A stretch of 64,000 nucleotides of DNA from Paludibacteraceae bacterium (GCA_045616645.1 JAZLHD010000179.1:5633-69632); one strand, 5' to 3'. Numbered from the stretch's first letter, positions 46,065 to 55,704 are shown. The notes: generated by a model from the letters alone, not told the origin. Numbers and translations are program-made.

Positions 46065-48397
46065 AACGAATTCTTTTAATAGGATGTGCCATGGTATTTG
46101 CCTTGGCTGTCCAAGCAGAAGTTGTCCGTATTTTAGGTATCGGAAACAGTTTTACCGTAGATGCTCTTGAACAACATTTTCAACCCATCTTAGATGCCCA
46201 AAAACAGGAGGCTATTGTGGGGTATCCTTATCGGGGAGGCACGTGGTTGAGCCAACACGATGCGTGGAGTTCCCGAACGGATACAATGCCCTATAACTAT
46301 CGGGAGTTTCGTGATGGAAAGTTCACCTCAACGGGTTTGAGTACTTATAATCTCACCAAGGCTATTGAACTCGAACCTTGGGATTATGTTATCCTCCAAT
46401 CCGACCACGATTCTGCGGGTATCTATTCGTCCTACGAACCTTACTTAACCCACCTTGTGAACTATATCCAAACGCATTGCTCTAACAAAGAGGTGAAGAT
46501 AGGTTTCTATATGACATGGGCGTATGATAGTATCTCCACTTATTCGGCGTTTAAACTCTATAAGAATAATACTCAAATCATGTACGATAGTATTATCTCT
46601 GCTGCCAAGAAAGTGATGGAGACGCATCCTCAGTTCTTCCTTATTCCCGCAGGTACGGCTATCCAGAATGCACGCACATCTTATATTGGACAAAAACTCA
46701 ACCGCGATGGGTATCACCTTAATTATAACTACGGGCGCTATATTGCTTCCTTATGTTGGTATAAAGCCATCTTCGGTGTCGAACCCGACGATGTGGTGTA
46801 TGCTCCTTCGTCTATCTCTGACTATTGCGCTTCAATGTGTCGCGCAGCGGTGCGTGAAGCTTTCCAAAAACCTTGGGAGGTGACTTCGCTCAAAGAGCAA
46901 TATGGCAAGAGTGAAGAGGAGAACCAACCGGCAAACGAATCACGACTCAAACGCGTGACTTTTAATGGGATGAATATACCCATTGTTCCGGATGTGTATG
47001 AGTACAATGTGCTCGTTGATGCCGCTATCACACCTTCGGTCACGATGTATTCGTTCCCTCGCAGTCAAAAAGCCGAACAAAACATTACCGATAGCCAAGG
47101 TGCTGACATTGAACGAGATCCGACTAACTATGGTTATTTCCCCTTACCAACACCGGCTATGGGACAGACATTAACCTATACCAATAGGGTGCTTGCGGAA
47201 GACTTGGTAACAACGACCACCTATACCTTCCATCTCATTGGAACCGCTACCGAGGAGTTGCTTTATACCATTGGTTCTCGCGAGGACTTAGAGGACTTTG
47301 CCAAAGCCGTCAATGCCGGTAGTTTTGGACTGAAGGCGGAAGTAACCAATTCCTTCTCTATGGACCACACTAAGCAGGATTGCTGGGCGACACCGATAGG
47401 TACGATTTCTCACCCTTATACGGGTACCTTTGACGGAAAAGGTTATACGATATCCGGTTTTAATATCTACGCTGTGGATAGGGAGGATTTGTATGCGTTG
47501 GAGGCAGTAGGTCTGTTTGGTGCAATCAAGAATGCTACCCTTAAGAACCTTTCGCTCACGGGAACGGAGGAGAGTTATTTCAATCGTCCAAGTGGTACGA
47601 TGAAAGATATGAATAAATATTGTGGCATTTTGTGCGGTTGGATGGCTAACTCTACCATCTCGCGTTGCTATGTGTCATGTCCTATTTTTACCAACTTGCC
47701 CGAGGCACTCGGATATATCTGTGGTTACGAGAATAGTGTCGGATCGCCATCCATCATAGACCGTTGCTATTCGGAAGGTACTTGGCGTATCCGTCGTAAT
47801 GGACAGTACGGGGGAATTTTAGGCTACGGATATAATGTGAACATCACCAATTGTTATAGTCTTACTAAACTCCAACTGCAAAAAGACTTTGCCGCTCGTA
47901 TGGGTGGGATAGTGGCTTATGCTAATGCCAATAACGACTCCCGCGCGGTGCATATTGAAAACTGTTATTTCGCAGGGAAAATTACGGACGAGAGAAAGGC
48001 GCAAGGGGCAACCACCAGTCAAACGGCTTATTTGGGAGCCATCGCTTCCGTTTTCAATGGTGGCTATTCCACGCTAACCAACGATTATTATTTGATGGAG
48101 AGCGCACCTCAAGACTTGGCACAGCACAAGAATTATATTTCCAAACAATCCGCTACTGTGTTCTCTCAAGCCGACTTAACGAATGGTTCGCTTGTTTCCA
48201 AATTAGGATCCGCTTTTGCACAAGGTCCTAATAATCCGGAGATAGGGGAGGGGACGGATACTACGGATCTGGATAACCAACGGCAAGCAATAGGCTATCG
48301 GGCACAAAATACGGAGTGCCAAAAGATTCTTGTGGATGGACGGATTAACATCCTCCGCGATGGCAAATGTTATTCCATCTTGGGAATAGAGAAGTAA
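46061..48397 (+). CDS. secreted DUF4886-like (SGNH-type fold) protein with a large C-terminal repeat-containing domain
   Basis: Signal peptide. ILGIGNSFTVDALEQH resembles the DUF4886 N-terminal motif (assignment from memory). The C-terminal part has GLUG-like repeats (GGILGYGYN, MGGIVAYAN). ATGA overlap with the MFS gene. Confidence 0.6.
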   Translation: MKRILLIGCAMVFALAVQAEVVRILGIGNSFTVDALEQHFQPILDAQKQEAIVGYPYRGGTWLSQHDAWSSRTDTMPYNYREFRDGKFTSTGLSTYNLTKAIELEPWDYVILQSDHDSAGIYSSYEPYLTHLVNYIQTHCSNKEVKIGFYMTWAYDSISTYSAFKLYKNNTQIMYDSIISAAKKVMETHPQFFLIPAGTAIQNARTSYIGQKLNRDGYHLNYNYGRYIASLCWYKAIFGVEPDDVVYAPSSISDYCASMCRAAVREAFQKPWEVTSLKEQYGKSEEENQPANESRLKRVTFNGMNIPIVPDVYEYNVLVDAAITPSVTMYSFPRSQKAEQNITDSQGADIERDPTNYGYFPLPTPAMGQTLTYTNRVLAEDLVTTTTYTFHLIGTATEELLYTIGSREDLEDFAKAVNAGSFGLKAEVTNSFSMDHTKQDCWATPIGTISHPYTGTFDGKGYTISGFNIYAVDREDLYALEAVGLFGAIKNATLKNLSLTGTEESYFNRPSGTMKDMNKYCGILCGWMANSTISRCYVSCPIFTNLPEALGYICGYENSVGSPSIIDRCYSEGTWRIRRNGQYGGILGYGYNVNITNCYSLTKLQLQKDFAARMGGIVAYANANNDSRAVHIENCYFAGKITDERKAQGATTSQTAYLGAIASVFNGGYSTLTNDYYLMESAPQDLAQHKNYISKQSATVFSQADLTNGSLVSKLGSAFAQGPNNPEIGEGTDTTDLDNQRQAIGYRAQNTECQKILVDGRINILRDGKCYSILGIEK

Positions 48398-48404
48398 TAT
48401 ACAA

Positions 48405-49046
48405 CTATTCTTGCACTTGCAAAGCAGAGAAGAAAGCAGGACAATGGAAATCGGGATGGGGTAGGCTAATCGGGTTCCAAGAAACGTAATGCGGTTGTTT
48501 GGTTTCGTCTGCGCACTTATAGAAGTTAGCCAATATCGTTTGTGGTTTGGACGCTGTTTGTGTAATCAGTGACCATGGAATAGCAATCACCACGAACCAC
48601 GTGAACTCCCCATCTTTTTCTTCAAAGGGTTCTGTACCTTGTGAGGCGTAGCGATCAATGGTTGCCATTTCTTCCTTTGTCAATGGACAAACGTTTACAG
48701 CCCGTCCCTCCCTGCGAGAGGCTACCATCGTTCCGATACAGTTCGTTTCGAAGTTCATATAGGATTTGCTATTGGGCAGTTGGCAGAAAAACTCCACACA
48801 ACTATCGCACCAGACTGCCATTTGGTCTTGGTCTGCAACGGCTCTCAGTTGTTGACCCGTAACGTCATAACGGATATAAAGTTTATCTGTAGAGGTGGCT
48901 ATGTGGACTTGCGTATCGGGACAAGCGGCAAACTCTTTAGGCCAATTGACGTGGTTGATATGTAATTGTAATCCTTGTTCCAAAAGGATATCGGCTGCCG
49001 CTTGTGCGGAACAGTCTTGCAGGCGGATAAGGTGTGGGATAATCAT
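48405..49046 (-). CDS. hypothetical protein (213 aa), translationally coupled to the kinase gene
   Basis: Clean ORF with a 4-nt overlap with the upstream kinase. A possible carbohydrate-binding-like fold is only a guess. Confidence 0.5.
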   Translation of the reverse strand: MIIPHLIRLQDCSAQAAADILLEQGLQLHINHVNWPKEFAACPDTQVHIATSTDKLYIRYDVTGQQLRAVADQDQMAVWCDSCVEFFCQLPNSKSYMNFETNCIGTMVASRREGRAVNVCPLTKEEMATIDRYASQGTEPFEEKDGEFTWFVVIAIPWSLITQTASKPQTILANFYKCADETKQPHYVSWNPISLPHPDFHCPAFFSALQVQE

Positions 49047-50116
49047 AAGTTCTTAATTATTGCTTCCATCTTAGAAGCGGCTTTTTCTTGTTCTTCAAGC
49101 AGTCGCCATTGGGCGTAAGTGCGTATTAGGTTGTGCTCGGGATATTGGATTTTATAATATGTGTCGCCATTCAGATAATCGGTAAAGAAACGAACGGCTT
49201 GCATGTAACTGAGCAGTCGGCATCCGTAGGGAAGTAAGGACTTTTCTAAGTCTGTCAGGAAGGTCGCTTTTGACAGATACCCTCGGGTGTAAGCCTCAAA
49301 GACCTCCATGTTTACGTGAATACGGTCAAGGTTCTTATCATCCTCTTCTCCGGTATTGGCGGCAGTACGCATAAAATCTCCGAAATCGGATAACACATAT
49401 CCGGGCATCACCGTATCTAAATCTACGATACACATCGGTTTGCCGTTTTCGTCAAAAAGCATATTATTCACCTTTGTGTCGCAGTGATTGATATGTTTTG
49501 TTAGTTTTCCTTCGCGATGCAAGCGTTCTGCCAAGCACATATCTGTTCGACGAAGGTTGATAGCGTCAATGATGTCTTTGCATTGCGATACGCGTCCTGC
49601 TTTATCGTCTTTGATGGCATCGTCCAGTTGTTGGAGGCGGAACTCGATATTATGGAAATTAGGAATAGACTCCACTAATTCTCCTTCGGGAATGTCTGCC
49701 AATTGGCATTGGAATTCACCAAATGCTTGTCCGGCTAAGAAGGCGGATTCGGGGGTCACTTTCTCTTGTGAAGAGGCATTCTCAATGAGCAGATAGACGC
49801 GCCAATAATCTCCTTCCGGGGTTCGGTAATAGAGTTGTCCTGTTTTGGTGGGGACGAGTTGGAGAACGCGACGCTGAACATCTTTTACGCCTGCGGCTAT
49901 CAGTTTAGCGCGAATATGGTCGGTTACTTTCTGAATATTGTTTTGCAGGGCATCGACATTCGTAAAAATATGGTGGTTGATACGTTGTAGAAAATAGGAT
50001 TTTTGACCTTTGACGGCAGCGGGTAAGATGAACGAGTCGTTGATAAAACCTATCTTAATAGGTTGGGGGTCTAAGACTTCGTTTTCTAAAGCAAATTGGG
50101 CAATGAGATTCTTCAT
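49043..50116 (-). CDS. N-acetylhexosamine 1-kinase-like anomeric sugar kinase (APH/phosphotransferase family)
   Basis: By-eye alignment to Bifidobacterium NahK. HCDTKVNNMLFD matches HNDTKLNNILMD. IVDLDTVMPG matches IIDLDTIMPG. YPEHNLIRTYAQ matches YPEHNLVRTRTQ. The start is set at MKNLIAQFALE (ATG 50114-50116), because the upstream TTG lies in the promoter. Confidence 0.8.
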   Translation of the reverse strand: MKNLIAQFALENEVLDPQPIKIGFINDSFILPAAVKGQKSYFLQRINHHIFTNVDALQNNIQKVTDHIRAKLIAAGVKDVQRRVLQLVPTKTGQLYYRTPEGDYWRVYLLIENASSQEKVTPESAFLAGQAFGEFQCQLADIPEGELVESIPNFHNIEFRLQQLDDAIKDDKAGRVSQCKDIIDAINLRRTDMCLAERLHREGKLTKHINHCDTKVNNMLFDENGKPMCIVDLDTVMPGYVLSDFGDFMRTAANTGEEDDKNLDRIHVNMEVFEAYTRGYLSKATFLTDLEKSLLPYGCRLLSYMQAVRFFTDYLNGDTYYKIQYPEHNLIRTYAQWRLLEEQEKAASKMEAIIKNL

Positions 50117-50143
50117 AGATGAAAATATTTCAAAAATCGACTG

Positions 50144-50175
50144 CAAAGGTACACTTTTTTTTGGATATATGCAAA
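50144..50175 (-). promoter_or_regulatory. sigma-A type promoter for the kinase operon. On the + strand, -7 is caaaggta at 50144-50151 and -33 is caaa at 50172-50175.
   Basis: The reverse complement reads TTTG-N20-TACCTTTG. Confidence 0.7.
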
Positions 50176-50191
50176 TATTTTTGTATCTTTG
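50160..50191 (+). promoter_or_regulatory. sigma-A type promoter for the GH20 gene (-33 TTTG 50160-50163, -7 TATCTTTG 50184-50191)
   Basis: TTTG-N20-TAnnTTTG, interdigitated with the divergent promoter. Confidence 0.7.
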
Positions 50192-50213
50192 CAGTCAAAA
50201 ATAAATATCACGC

Positions 50214-52415
50214 ATGAAATCTATGAAACATTGGCTTTTGATTGTTTTTATTTTTCTTTGCTCCGTACTCAATGCAAAGGATTTGACGCAAGCACCTTTT
50301 AAGGTGGATTGGCAACTCACGGATGCGAATAATGCTCAGAAATACACCCGTGTAGATCTCACCCTCACCAACCTTTCGGGGGATACTATCTATGGTCGTG
50401 ATTGGTGCATTCTCTATTCTTTGATGTCCCTTCATCCTACTCATCAAGACAGTGTGCAGTTGGAAGAAGAGATTGTGCAAGGAACGTTGCATCGCCTTTC
50501 GCCTACCGCTTTTTTTGAACCGCTCCCTCCGGGACAGAGTCGTGTCTTCCCGCTTACGTATTACCGCGTTTATATCGTGCATGATAGTTGGCGGCCGGAG
50601 ATGTTTGCCTATTTACCTTTATCCGGTGATAATGCGGCAGAACCGGTGGCTATTCCTTTTACCCTTCAACCCTTACCGGAAGACTGTCCGCAAGCATGGC
50701 AGTTCACCCGTTATATGGGCAAGAACGATTCTATTCCATACGCTTCCGGTGAAAACCTTTATCGGTATTATCAAGCGATAGGAGATACACTGACGCAGGG
50801 GTTACATCTATTGCCTATGCCTAAGTCGATTCGTTATACGAAGGGAACGTGCTCGCTTACGCACGCGTGTATCAAAACCAAACACGATGGTTCTCTTCCC
50901 AATGAGGGGTATCGTATCCGATTGAACAATAAAAAAATCAATATCCACTATGCCGATTCTGCGGGGTTGTTTTATGCCAACCAAACCCTTCAGCAACTTA
51001 TTCATACAGGTCAAACCGTGGTGCCGAATGCCATTATTGAGGATGCTCCCGAATATCATTATCGAGGTTTTCTTTTAGATATCGCGAGGAACTTCCTCCC
51101 CAAGGAGATGATTCTGTCTGTTTTGCAAACGATGGGAGAGCTCAAACTCAATCGCATGCAACTGCACTTCACGGATGATGAGGCTTGGCGCATTGAGATA
51201 CCCTCTTTCCCTCAGCTCACGCAGTTTGGGGCGAAGCGTGGATATAGTGGTACCAAAGAAGACCCGTTTGCGGAGACGACGGGGCTTTATCCTCAGTTTG
51301 GTGATGCGATAGATAATCAAGTGGCTCCGGGTTCGGGTTATCTCACCCGAGAGGATTTTATAGAGATTCTTCGCTTTGCCAAAGCGCGACATATTCAGAT
51401 TATTCCCGAGGTGGATATGCCCGGTCACATGCGTGCAGCCAAGATGGCTATGCGTCCCTTGCTCAGTGACTCTGTGATGGATAGTCGTTCGTATATGTCC
51501 GCTCAAGAGTTTACGGATTGCGTCATGGATGTGACTTCACCTTTTGCTTTACCTTTTGTGCAACAAGTGGTGGAGGATATACAATCGATGTATCGAGAGG
51601 CGGGCTGCGAATTGTCTATTTTTAATATCGGTGGCGACGAAGTGCCGAAGGGGGCATTAACGAAAGAGGAACACACGACCTTCACGGATAGCGTTGTCTC
51701 GATGTTACATCGCCATCACTTGCGTCCTGCGGGGTGGGAGGAGTTTACTAACTATTGTCCGGCATCCCGCCAACCTCTTTGTGTTTATTGGCACCATCGT
51801 CCGGCTCTTTTAACGCAACTGATAGATAGTGGTTATCAAATCGTTATCGCTCGCAATGACCGTTTGTATATGGATTTTGCGTATGCCAACCACGAGCATG
51901 AAGATGGGTTTACTCGTATCTGCAATGAGTTCCGTATTTTCCATTGGCTTCCGGAGCAAGACCTTGCACCGGATTATGCGGATCGGCTTAAGGAGCATGT
52001 AGTCGGTACGCAAGCTTGTTTGTGGGGAGAGACGTTGCGTTCTGCTTGCCATGCACAAACCTATATCTATCCTAAGATATTCGGTTTTGCCGAAAGGGCA
52101 TGGAATCCCCATTCTACGCTTTCGTTAGCTCAGTTGAGTGAACATATCTATCGTTATGTCTTGCCTTATTATGCGTCTTTGAATTATTGTGTCCATGTGC
52201 CGATGCCGAGTATTCATATAGATACGGAGGGTAGGGTGACGATGTTTACACCGGCTCATGCTGCGGCTATTTATTATACGTTGGACGGCAGCGAACCGAC
52301 TTTATCCTCTTTCTTATACAAGGAAGCTTTTGTGTTGCCGGAGGGGATAGATCCTTCTCTTCTTCGCGCCAAGGCGTTCTACGGAGATGCAGTGAGTGGC
52401 ACTGTTCGTTATTAA
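50214..52415 (+). CDS. beta-N-acetylhexosaminidase (GH20)
   Basis: HYRGFLLDIARNF, HFTDDEAWRIE, PEVDMPGH and IGGDEV motifs, plus a signal peptide. Confidence 0.92.
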   Translation: MKSMKHWLLIVFIFLCSVLNAKDLTQAPFKVDWQLTDANNAQKYTRVDLTLTNLSGDTIYGRDWCILYSLMSLHPTHQDSVQLEEEIVQGTLHRLSPTAFFEPLPPGQSRVFPLTYYRVYIVHDSWRPEMFAYLPLSGDNAAEPVAIPFTLQPLPEDCPQAWQFTRYMGKNDSIPYASGENLYRYYQAIGDTLTQGLHLLPMPKSIRYTKGTCSLTHACIKTKHDGSLPNEGYRIRLNNKKINIHYADSAGLFYANQTLQQLIHTGQTVVPNAIIEDAPEYHYRGFLLDIARNFLPKEMILSVLQTMGELKLNRMQLHFTDDEAWRIEIPSFPQLTQFGAKRGYSGTKEDPFAETTGLYPQFGDAIDNQVAPGSGYLTREDFIEILRFAKARHIQIIPEVDMPGHMRAAKMAMRPLLSDSVMDSRSYMSAQEFTDCVMDVTSPFALPFVQQVVEDIQSMYREAGCELSIFNIGGDEVPKGALTKEEHTTFTDSVVSMLHRHHLRPAGWEEFTNYCPASRQPLCVYWHHRPALLTQLIDSGYQIVIARNDRLYMDFAYANHEHEDGFTRICNEFRIFHWLPEQDLAPDYADRLKEHVVGTQACLWGETLRSACHAQTYIYPKIFGFAERAWNPHSTLSLAQLSEHIYRYVLPYYASLNYCVHVPMPSIHIDTEGRVTMFTPAHAAAIYYTLDGSEPTLSSFLYKEAFVLPEGIDPSLLRAKAFYGDAVSGTVRY

Positions 52416-52443
52416 GGATTTTTCTTACAATCTGCAAAAAATA

Positions 52444-52475
52444 TTTGCATATATGGAAAAAATGTATTATCTTTG
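52444..52475 (+). promoter_or_regulatory. sigma-A type promoter for the R-M cassette (-33 TTTG 52444-52447, -7 TATCTTTG 52468-52475)
   Basis: TTTG-N20-TAnnTTTG. It is part of a 39-nt direct repeat with 54766-54804. Confidence 0.7.
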
Positions 52476-52525
52476 CAGCCGAAAACAAACGCAAGTCTCA
52501 TGTATAACAGTATATGTAATAAGTA

Positions 52526-53587
52526 ATGGAAACTTTATTTAATGATGGTACATACTTTAATTACACGTTTCCAGAGCCTCAATATCTAGGCGCTAAATAT
52601 TTGCATCGTGCTTGGATTGCTCAATTTGTTCCCAAAGAAGCCAATGTAGTGTTAGATGCTTTTAGTGGATCGCAATCTATTGCGTATATGATGAAGCAGT
52701 TGGGAAAGCAAACCATAACTAATGACTTCATGAATTTCAATAATCAAATAGGAAAGGCGTTAATTGAAAATCATGGTGTCAAACTTACGAAGGATGATTT
52801 AGATATTTTATTTGCTTCCAATACAAATCCTACTGAATATGATTTAATGGAACGCTTATTCTCTAATTTGTTTTTTGTTCGAGAAGAAGCTATATTTCTT
52901 GATGCTTTCCGTAGTAATGTTTCGCGGTTGATGTGTCCCTATAAACAAGCATTAGCGTTGACGGTAATGTGTCGTAGTTTAACTAGGAAAGTTACAATGG
53001 GACACTTTGCGCACACTCAAGCACTTGCATATGCCGAAGACCAAGAAAGAATTAAACGTAATAGAAGTTTAATTCGCCCTCTTAAAGACTTGTTTTTGGA
53101 TTTACTGCCGCAATATAATAATGCCGTCTTTGATAATAATCAAGATAATCGCAGTTACAATCAAAATATTCTTGATTTACTTCCGATGACCAAGAATGTT
53201 GATCTTGTATATTTTGATCCCCCTTATTGTAATAGTCATGCAGATTACCAGTCTTTTTACCATCTTCTTGAGACATTTGTAGAATATTGGAAAGATAAAG
53301 AATTTGTAAATGGCACAAAACGTTATGAGCCTAAACGTTGGAGTGGCTTTGACAAAAACGGAGAGGCAATTGATAATCTTCAACGGATGTTTGCCTCTGC
53401 GCAACATATACCGACATGGTTGGTAAGTTATAATGATCGTAGTTATCCAGATATTGAAACGATGGTCAGTATGATAGAGCCATACCGCAATGTTCGTGTA
53501 GAACGCAAAAGGTATATAAATGGTAGAGGAGGTAAGGGAAGTGTTGCTGGCAGTAATGAAATATTATTCGTCTGTACAACTAAATAA
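52526..53587 (+). CDS. site-specific DNA adenine (N6) methyltransferase, D12/Dam-like class
   Basis: YLGAKY near the N-terminus, an FxGxG-type AdoMet motif (DAFSGSQS) and the catalytic DPPY (VYFDPPYCN). The gene is visibly AT-rich. Confidence 0.85.
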   Translation: METLFNDGTYFNYTFPEPQYLGAKYLHRAWIAQFVPKEANVVLDAFSGSQSIAYMMKQLGKQTITNDFMNFNNQIGKALIENHGVKLTKDDLDILFASNTNPTEYDLMERLFSNLFFVREEAIFLDAFRSNVSRLMCPYKQALALTVMCRSLTRKVTMGHFAHTQALAYAEDQERIKRNRSLIRPLKDLFLDLLPQYNNAVFDNNQDNRSYNQNILDLLPMTKNVDLVYFDPPYCNSHADYQSFYHLLETFVEYWKDKEFVNGTKRYEPKRWSGFDKNGEAIDNLQRMFASAQHIPTWLVSYNDRSYPDIETMVSMIEPYRNVRVERKRYINGRGGKGSVAGSNEILFVCTTK

Positions 53588-53598
53588 ATTATGGGCTT

Positions 53599-54687
53599 AT
53601 GACAAACTTTGAAAAGTGGGATATAGAATTTCGTAATCAGAATCTTTTTGCATTTAATAATAACTTGAATGCCTTACTTTGGCTCAAGGTTCGTGCGGTT
53701 TGTCGCGGAAAGCAAATCAAGCAATTTATTGGAGTTAACAAATTAACCATTCAATCTACTAAACTCAATGAGCAATTTGTTGAGCTCTTTGAACTCATGG
53801 AACGAACTAAAGATGGCATGGCTATGCTTGACCAATATCTGCGTAATCGTAACAATGAATGGTATCGTGAAATGGGGGTTGATGAAGAAAAACTCAAAAG
53901 CGGATTACGCCAAATAACGCATTATGAATGGGGCGGAGACCAAGAAAACTCTCTTGATCAATATCTTGTTCGACGCTATATTAAGGTAATTAGTGACTTT
54001 GATGAACTCAAAAGTAAAGCAGACGCTATTGCTGCGAATGCGTGGAAATTTGTACAAACAAGTTGGTATAATAATTGGACATCTTATTTAATAGAATCCA
54101 TCTTCAAAAAACATAAACGGGTATTATCTGCTGTTGGAGAAATTAAAAGTGTGGATTTCTTCATAGATGATTATCCAATAGATCTTAAAGTTACGTATTT
54201 TCCTGATGCATACATGCAGGATAAACTTAAAGACGAACTTGGAAATTATGAGCTAACATGGCTAAAGCATCAAGCAAAATCTTGTGGTATTGTACCAGAC
54301 AAGAATCTTTCAGAAAAGGAGCAATATGCTTTCTTGAGAGAAGAGTTGAGCAATCATGGTCATACAGACATTCTTGAACAGCTTACCAAAAGTAGAAAAA
54401 AGATTGTAGATGGTACGCGTAAGAATCCGGAAAACCTTATGCGTTGGTTATATGAGAATCAAAGTCCTCGCTTGTTTGGTGCAGAAAATAGACTTTTTGT
54501 GGTACTGATTGACTCAACTGATATGGAACAATCTTGGAAGATGAAACGAGCTTTTTCTTTGATTGAACCTCAAGTCAACAAATATCTCGACGAGTTCTCC
54601 AAAAATTGTTTGAAAAGGATTGATTTTACGTTTAATAATAAACAATATTCAAGTTTTGCGGATATTATTTTTGTGGTGAAGGAATAA
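53599..54687 (+). CDS. candidate type II restriction endonuclease (PD-(D/E)XK-like), partner of the methyltransferase
   Basis: It starts 11 nt downstream of the methyltransferase with the same AT-rich composition. It has a possible D...(D/E)xK core (VDFFIDDYPIDLKV). I recognise no family. Confidence 0.5.
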   Translation: MTNFEKWDIEFRNQNLFAFNNNLNALLWLKVRAVCRGKQIKQFIGVNKLTIQSTKLNEQFVELFELMERTKDGMAMLDQYLRNRNNEWYREMGVDEEKLKSGLRQITHYEWGGDQENSLDQYLVRRYIKVISDFDELKSKADAIAANAWKFVQTSWYNNWTSYLIESIFKKHKRVLSAVGEIKSVDFFIDDYPIDLKVTYFPDAYMQDKLKDELGNYELTWLKHQAKSCGIVPDKNLSEKEQYAFLREELSNHGHTDILEQLTKSRKKIVDGTRKNPENLMRWLYENQSPRLFGAENRLFVVLIDSTDMEQSWKMKRAFSLIEPQVNKYLDEFSKNCLKRIDFTFNNKQYSSFADIIFVVKE

Positions 54688-54731
54688 TTCGTGCGAGTTT
54701 TTTGATATAGTTCGTGTAGTATTAAAAAGCG

Positions 54732-54770
54732 ATATTTCTGTGTTTTGTTGCCGAAAAAACACAGAAATAT
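54732..54770 (+). terminator. 15-bp perfect hairpin downstream of the R-M cassette, with a weak T tract
   Basis: atatttctgtgtttt (54732-54746) pairs with aaaacacagaaatat (54756-54770). Its 3' arm runs into the next promoter. Confidence 0.5.
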
Positions 54771-54801
54771 TTGCATATATGGCAAAAATGTATTATCTTT
54801 G
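54770..54801 (+). promoter_or_regulatory. sigma-A type promoter for the HAD gene (-33 TTTG 54770-54773, -7 TATCTTTG 54794-54801)
   Basis: TTTG-N20-TAnnTTTG. Confidence 0.7.
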
Positions 54802-54885
54802 CAGTGAAATTTAGGAATAAATGTATATTTTGACCACAAAAAGAAAGGAATAAATGTATGTTTATGAATCCGGGCTCAAATCAGA

Positions 54886-55491
54886 ATGTTTATTTTTGAC
54901 ATTATGATATGCAACATTATTTTAGATATGGGTGGTGTGCTTATGCAGCACAATATCCCGGGGTGCATAGCTCGCCTCAAAGAACTGACGGGAGCCAATT
55001 TCCCTCGTTTGGGGATGGACGATAAAGGTGAAGGAACAGAATTGATGGGACAGTTTGAACGAGGCTTAGTCTCGTTAGACGATTTTCTCACGCAGATTCT
55101 TGCTCTTTGTCGGCAGGGCACGACTCGCGAACAGGTATTAGAGGCATGGATTACTATTCATGCAGGTATTCCCGCGGAGCGCTTGAACTATGTGCATCAA
55201 CTCAAAGCACAAGGTTATCGCCTTTATTTGCTTTCCAATAATAATGATGCTTGTTGGCAAGACATTGCGAGTAAATACGATATGAGTGTGTTTGACGAAC
55301 TTTTCCTTTCGCATTGGATTCATATTATTAAGCCTGATGCCGCTTTGTTTGAATACGTACAAAAACGCTTGAATCTCAATCCTGAGGAGACCGTTTTTGT
55401 GGACGATATAGAGGTCAATCGTTTGGCTGCTCAAAGAGCAGTTGGTTGGCGCACTGCCGAATCGCTTGAGGCGTTGAAAGCGATGCTGTAA
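54886..55491 (+). CDS. HAD-superfamily hydrolase (YihX-like phosphatase subfamily)
   Basis: Motif I variant ILDMGGVL, LLSNNN (motif II) and VFVDDIEVN (motif IV). The alternative ATG at 54904 is equally possible. Confidence 0.75.
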   Translation: MFIFDIMICNIILDMGGVLMQHNIPGCIARLKELTGANFPRLGMDDKGEGTELMGQFERGLVSLDDFLTQILALCRQGTTREQVLEAWITIHAGIPAERLNYVHQLKAQGYRLYLLSNNNDACWQDIASKYDMSVFDELFLSHWIHIIKPDAALFEYVQKRLNLNPEETVFVDDIEVNRLAAQRAVGWRTAESLEALKAML

Positions 55492-55665
55492 ATCAGCCAT
55501 CAACCAACGTAGCACTTCGTAGGATGTACGTAGGATGCGTGTAGTATTAAAAAAAACGATAAAAATGGAATCATCCACTTATCTTTACGAGAGTTTTTGA
55601 CGAAGGGATTATAATGTTGCCTCCCGAAAAGTAGACACAGAAGGTAGATTTTATTTCTCTTTTAG

Positions 55666-55704
55666 GCGGTAAAAATCCAGTGAAGCGATTTTACCGCTTT
55701 TTTT
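55666..55704 (+). terminator. rho-independent terminator
   Basis: gcggtaaaaatc (55666-55677) pairs with gattttaccgc (55687-55697), followed by T7. Confidence 0.8.

Noticed and set aside
50208-50582. 124-aa minus-strand ORF overlapping the GH20 5' end
   Set aside because: It is antisense to a well-supported GH20 signal peptide and N-domain, and it begins inside the divergent promoter region.
54570-54839. 89-aa minus-strand ORF at the R-M/HAD junction
   Set aside because: It overlaps the endonuclease 3' end, the 15-bp hairpin and the HAD promoter, with no supporting features.
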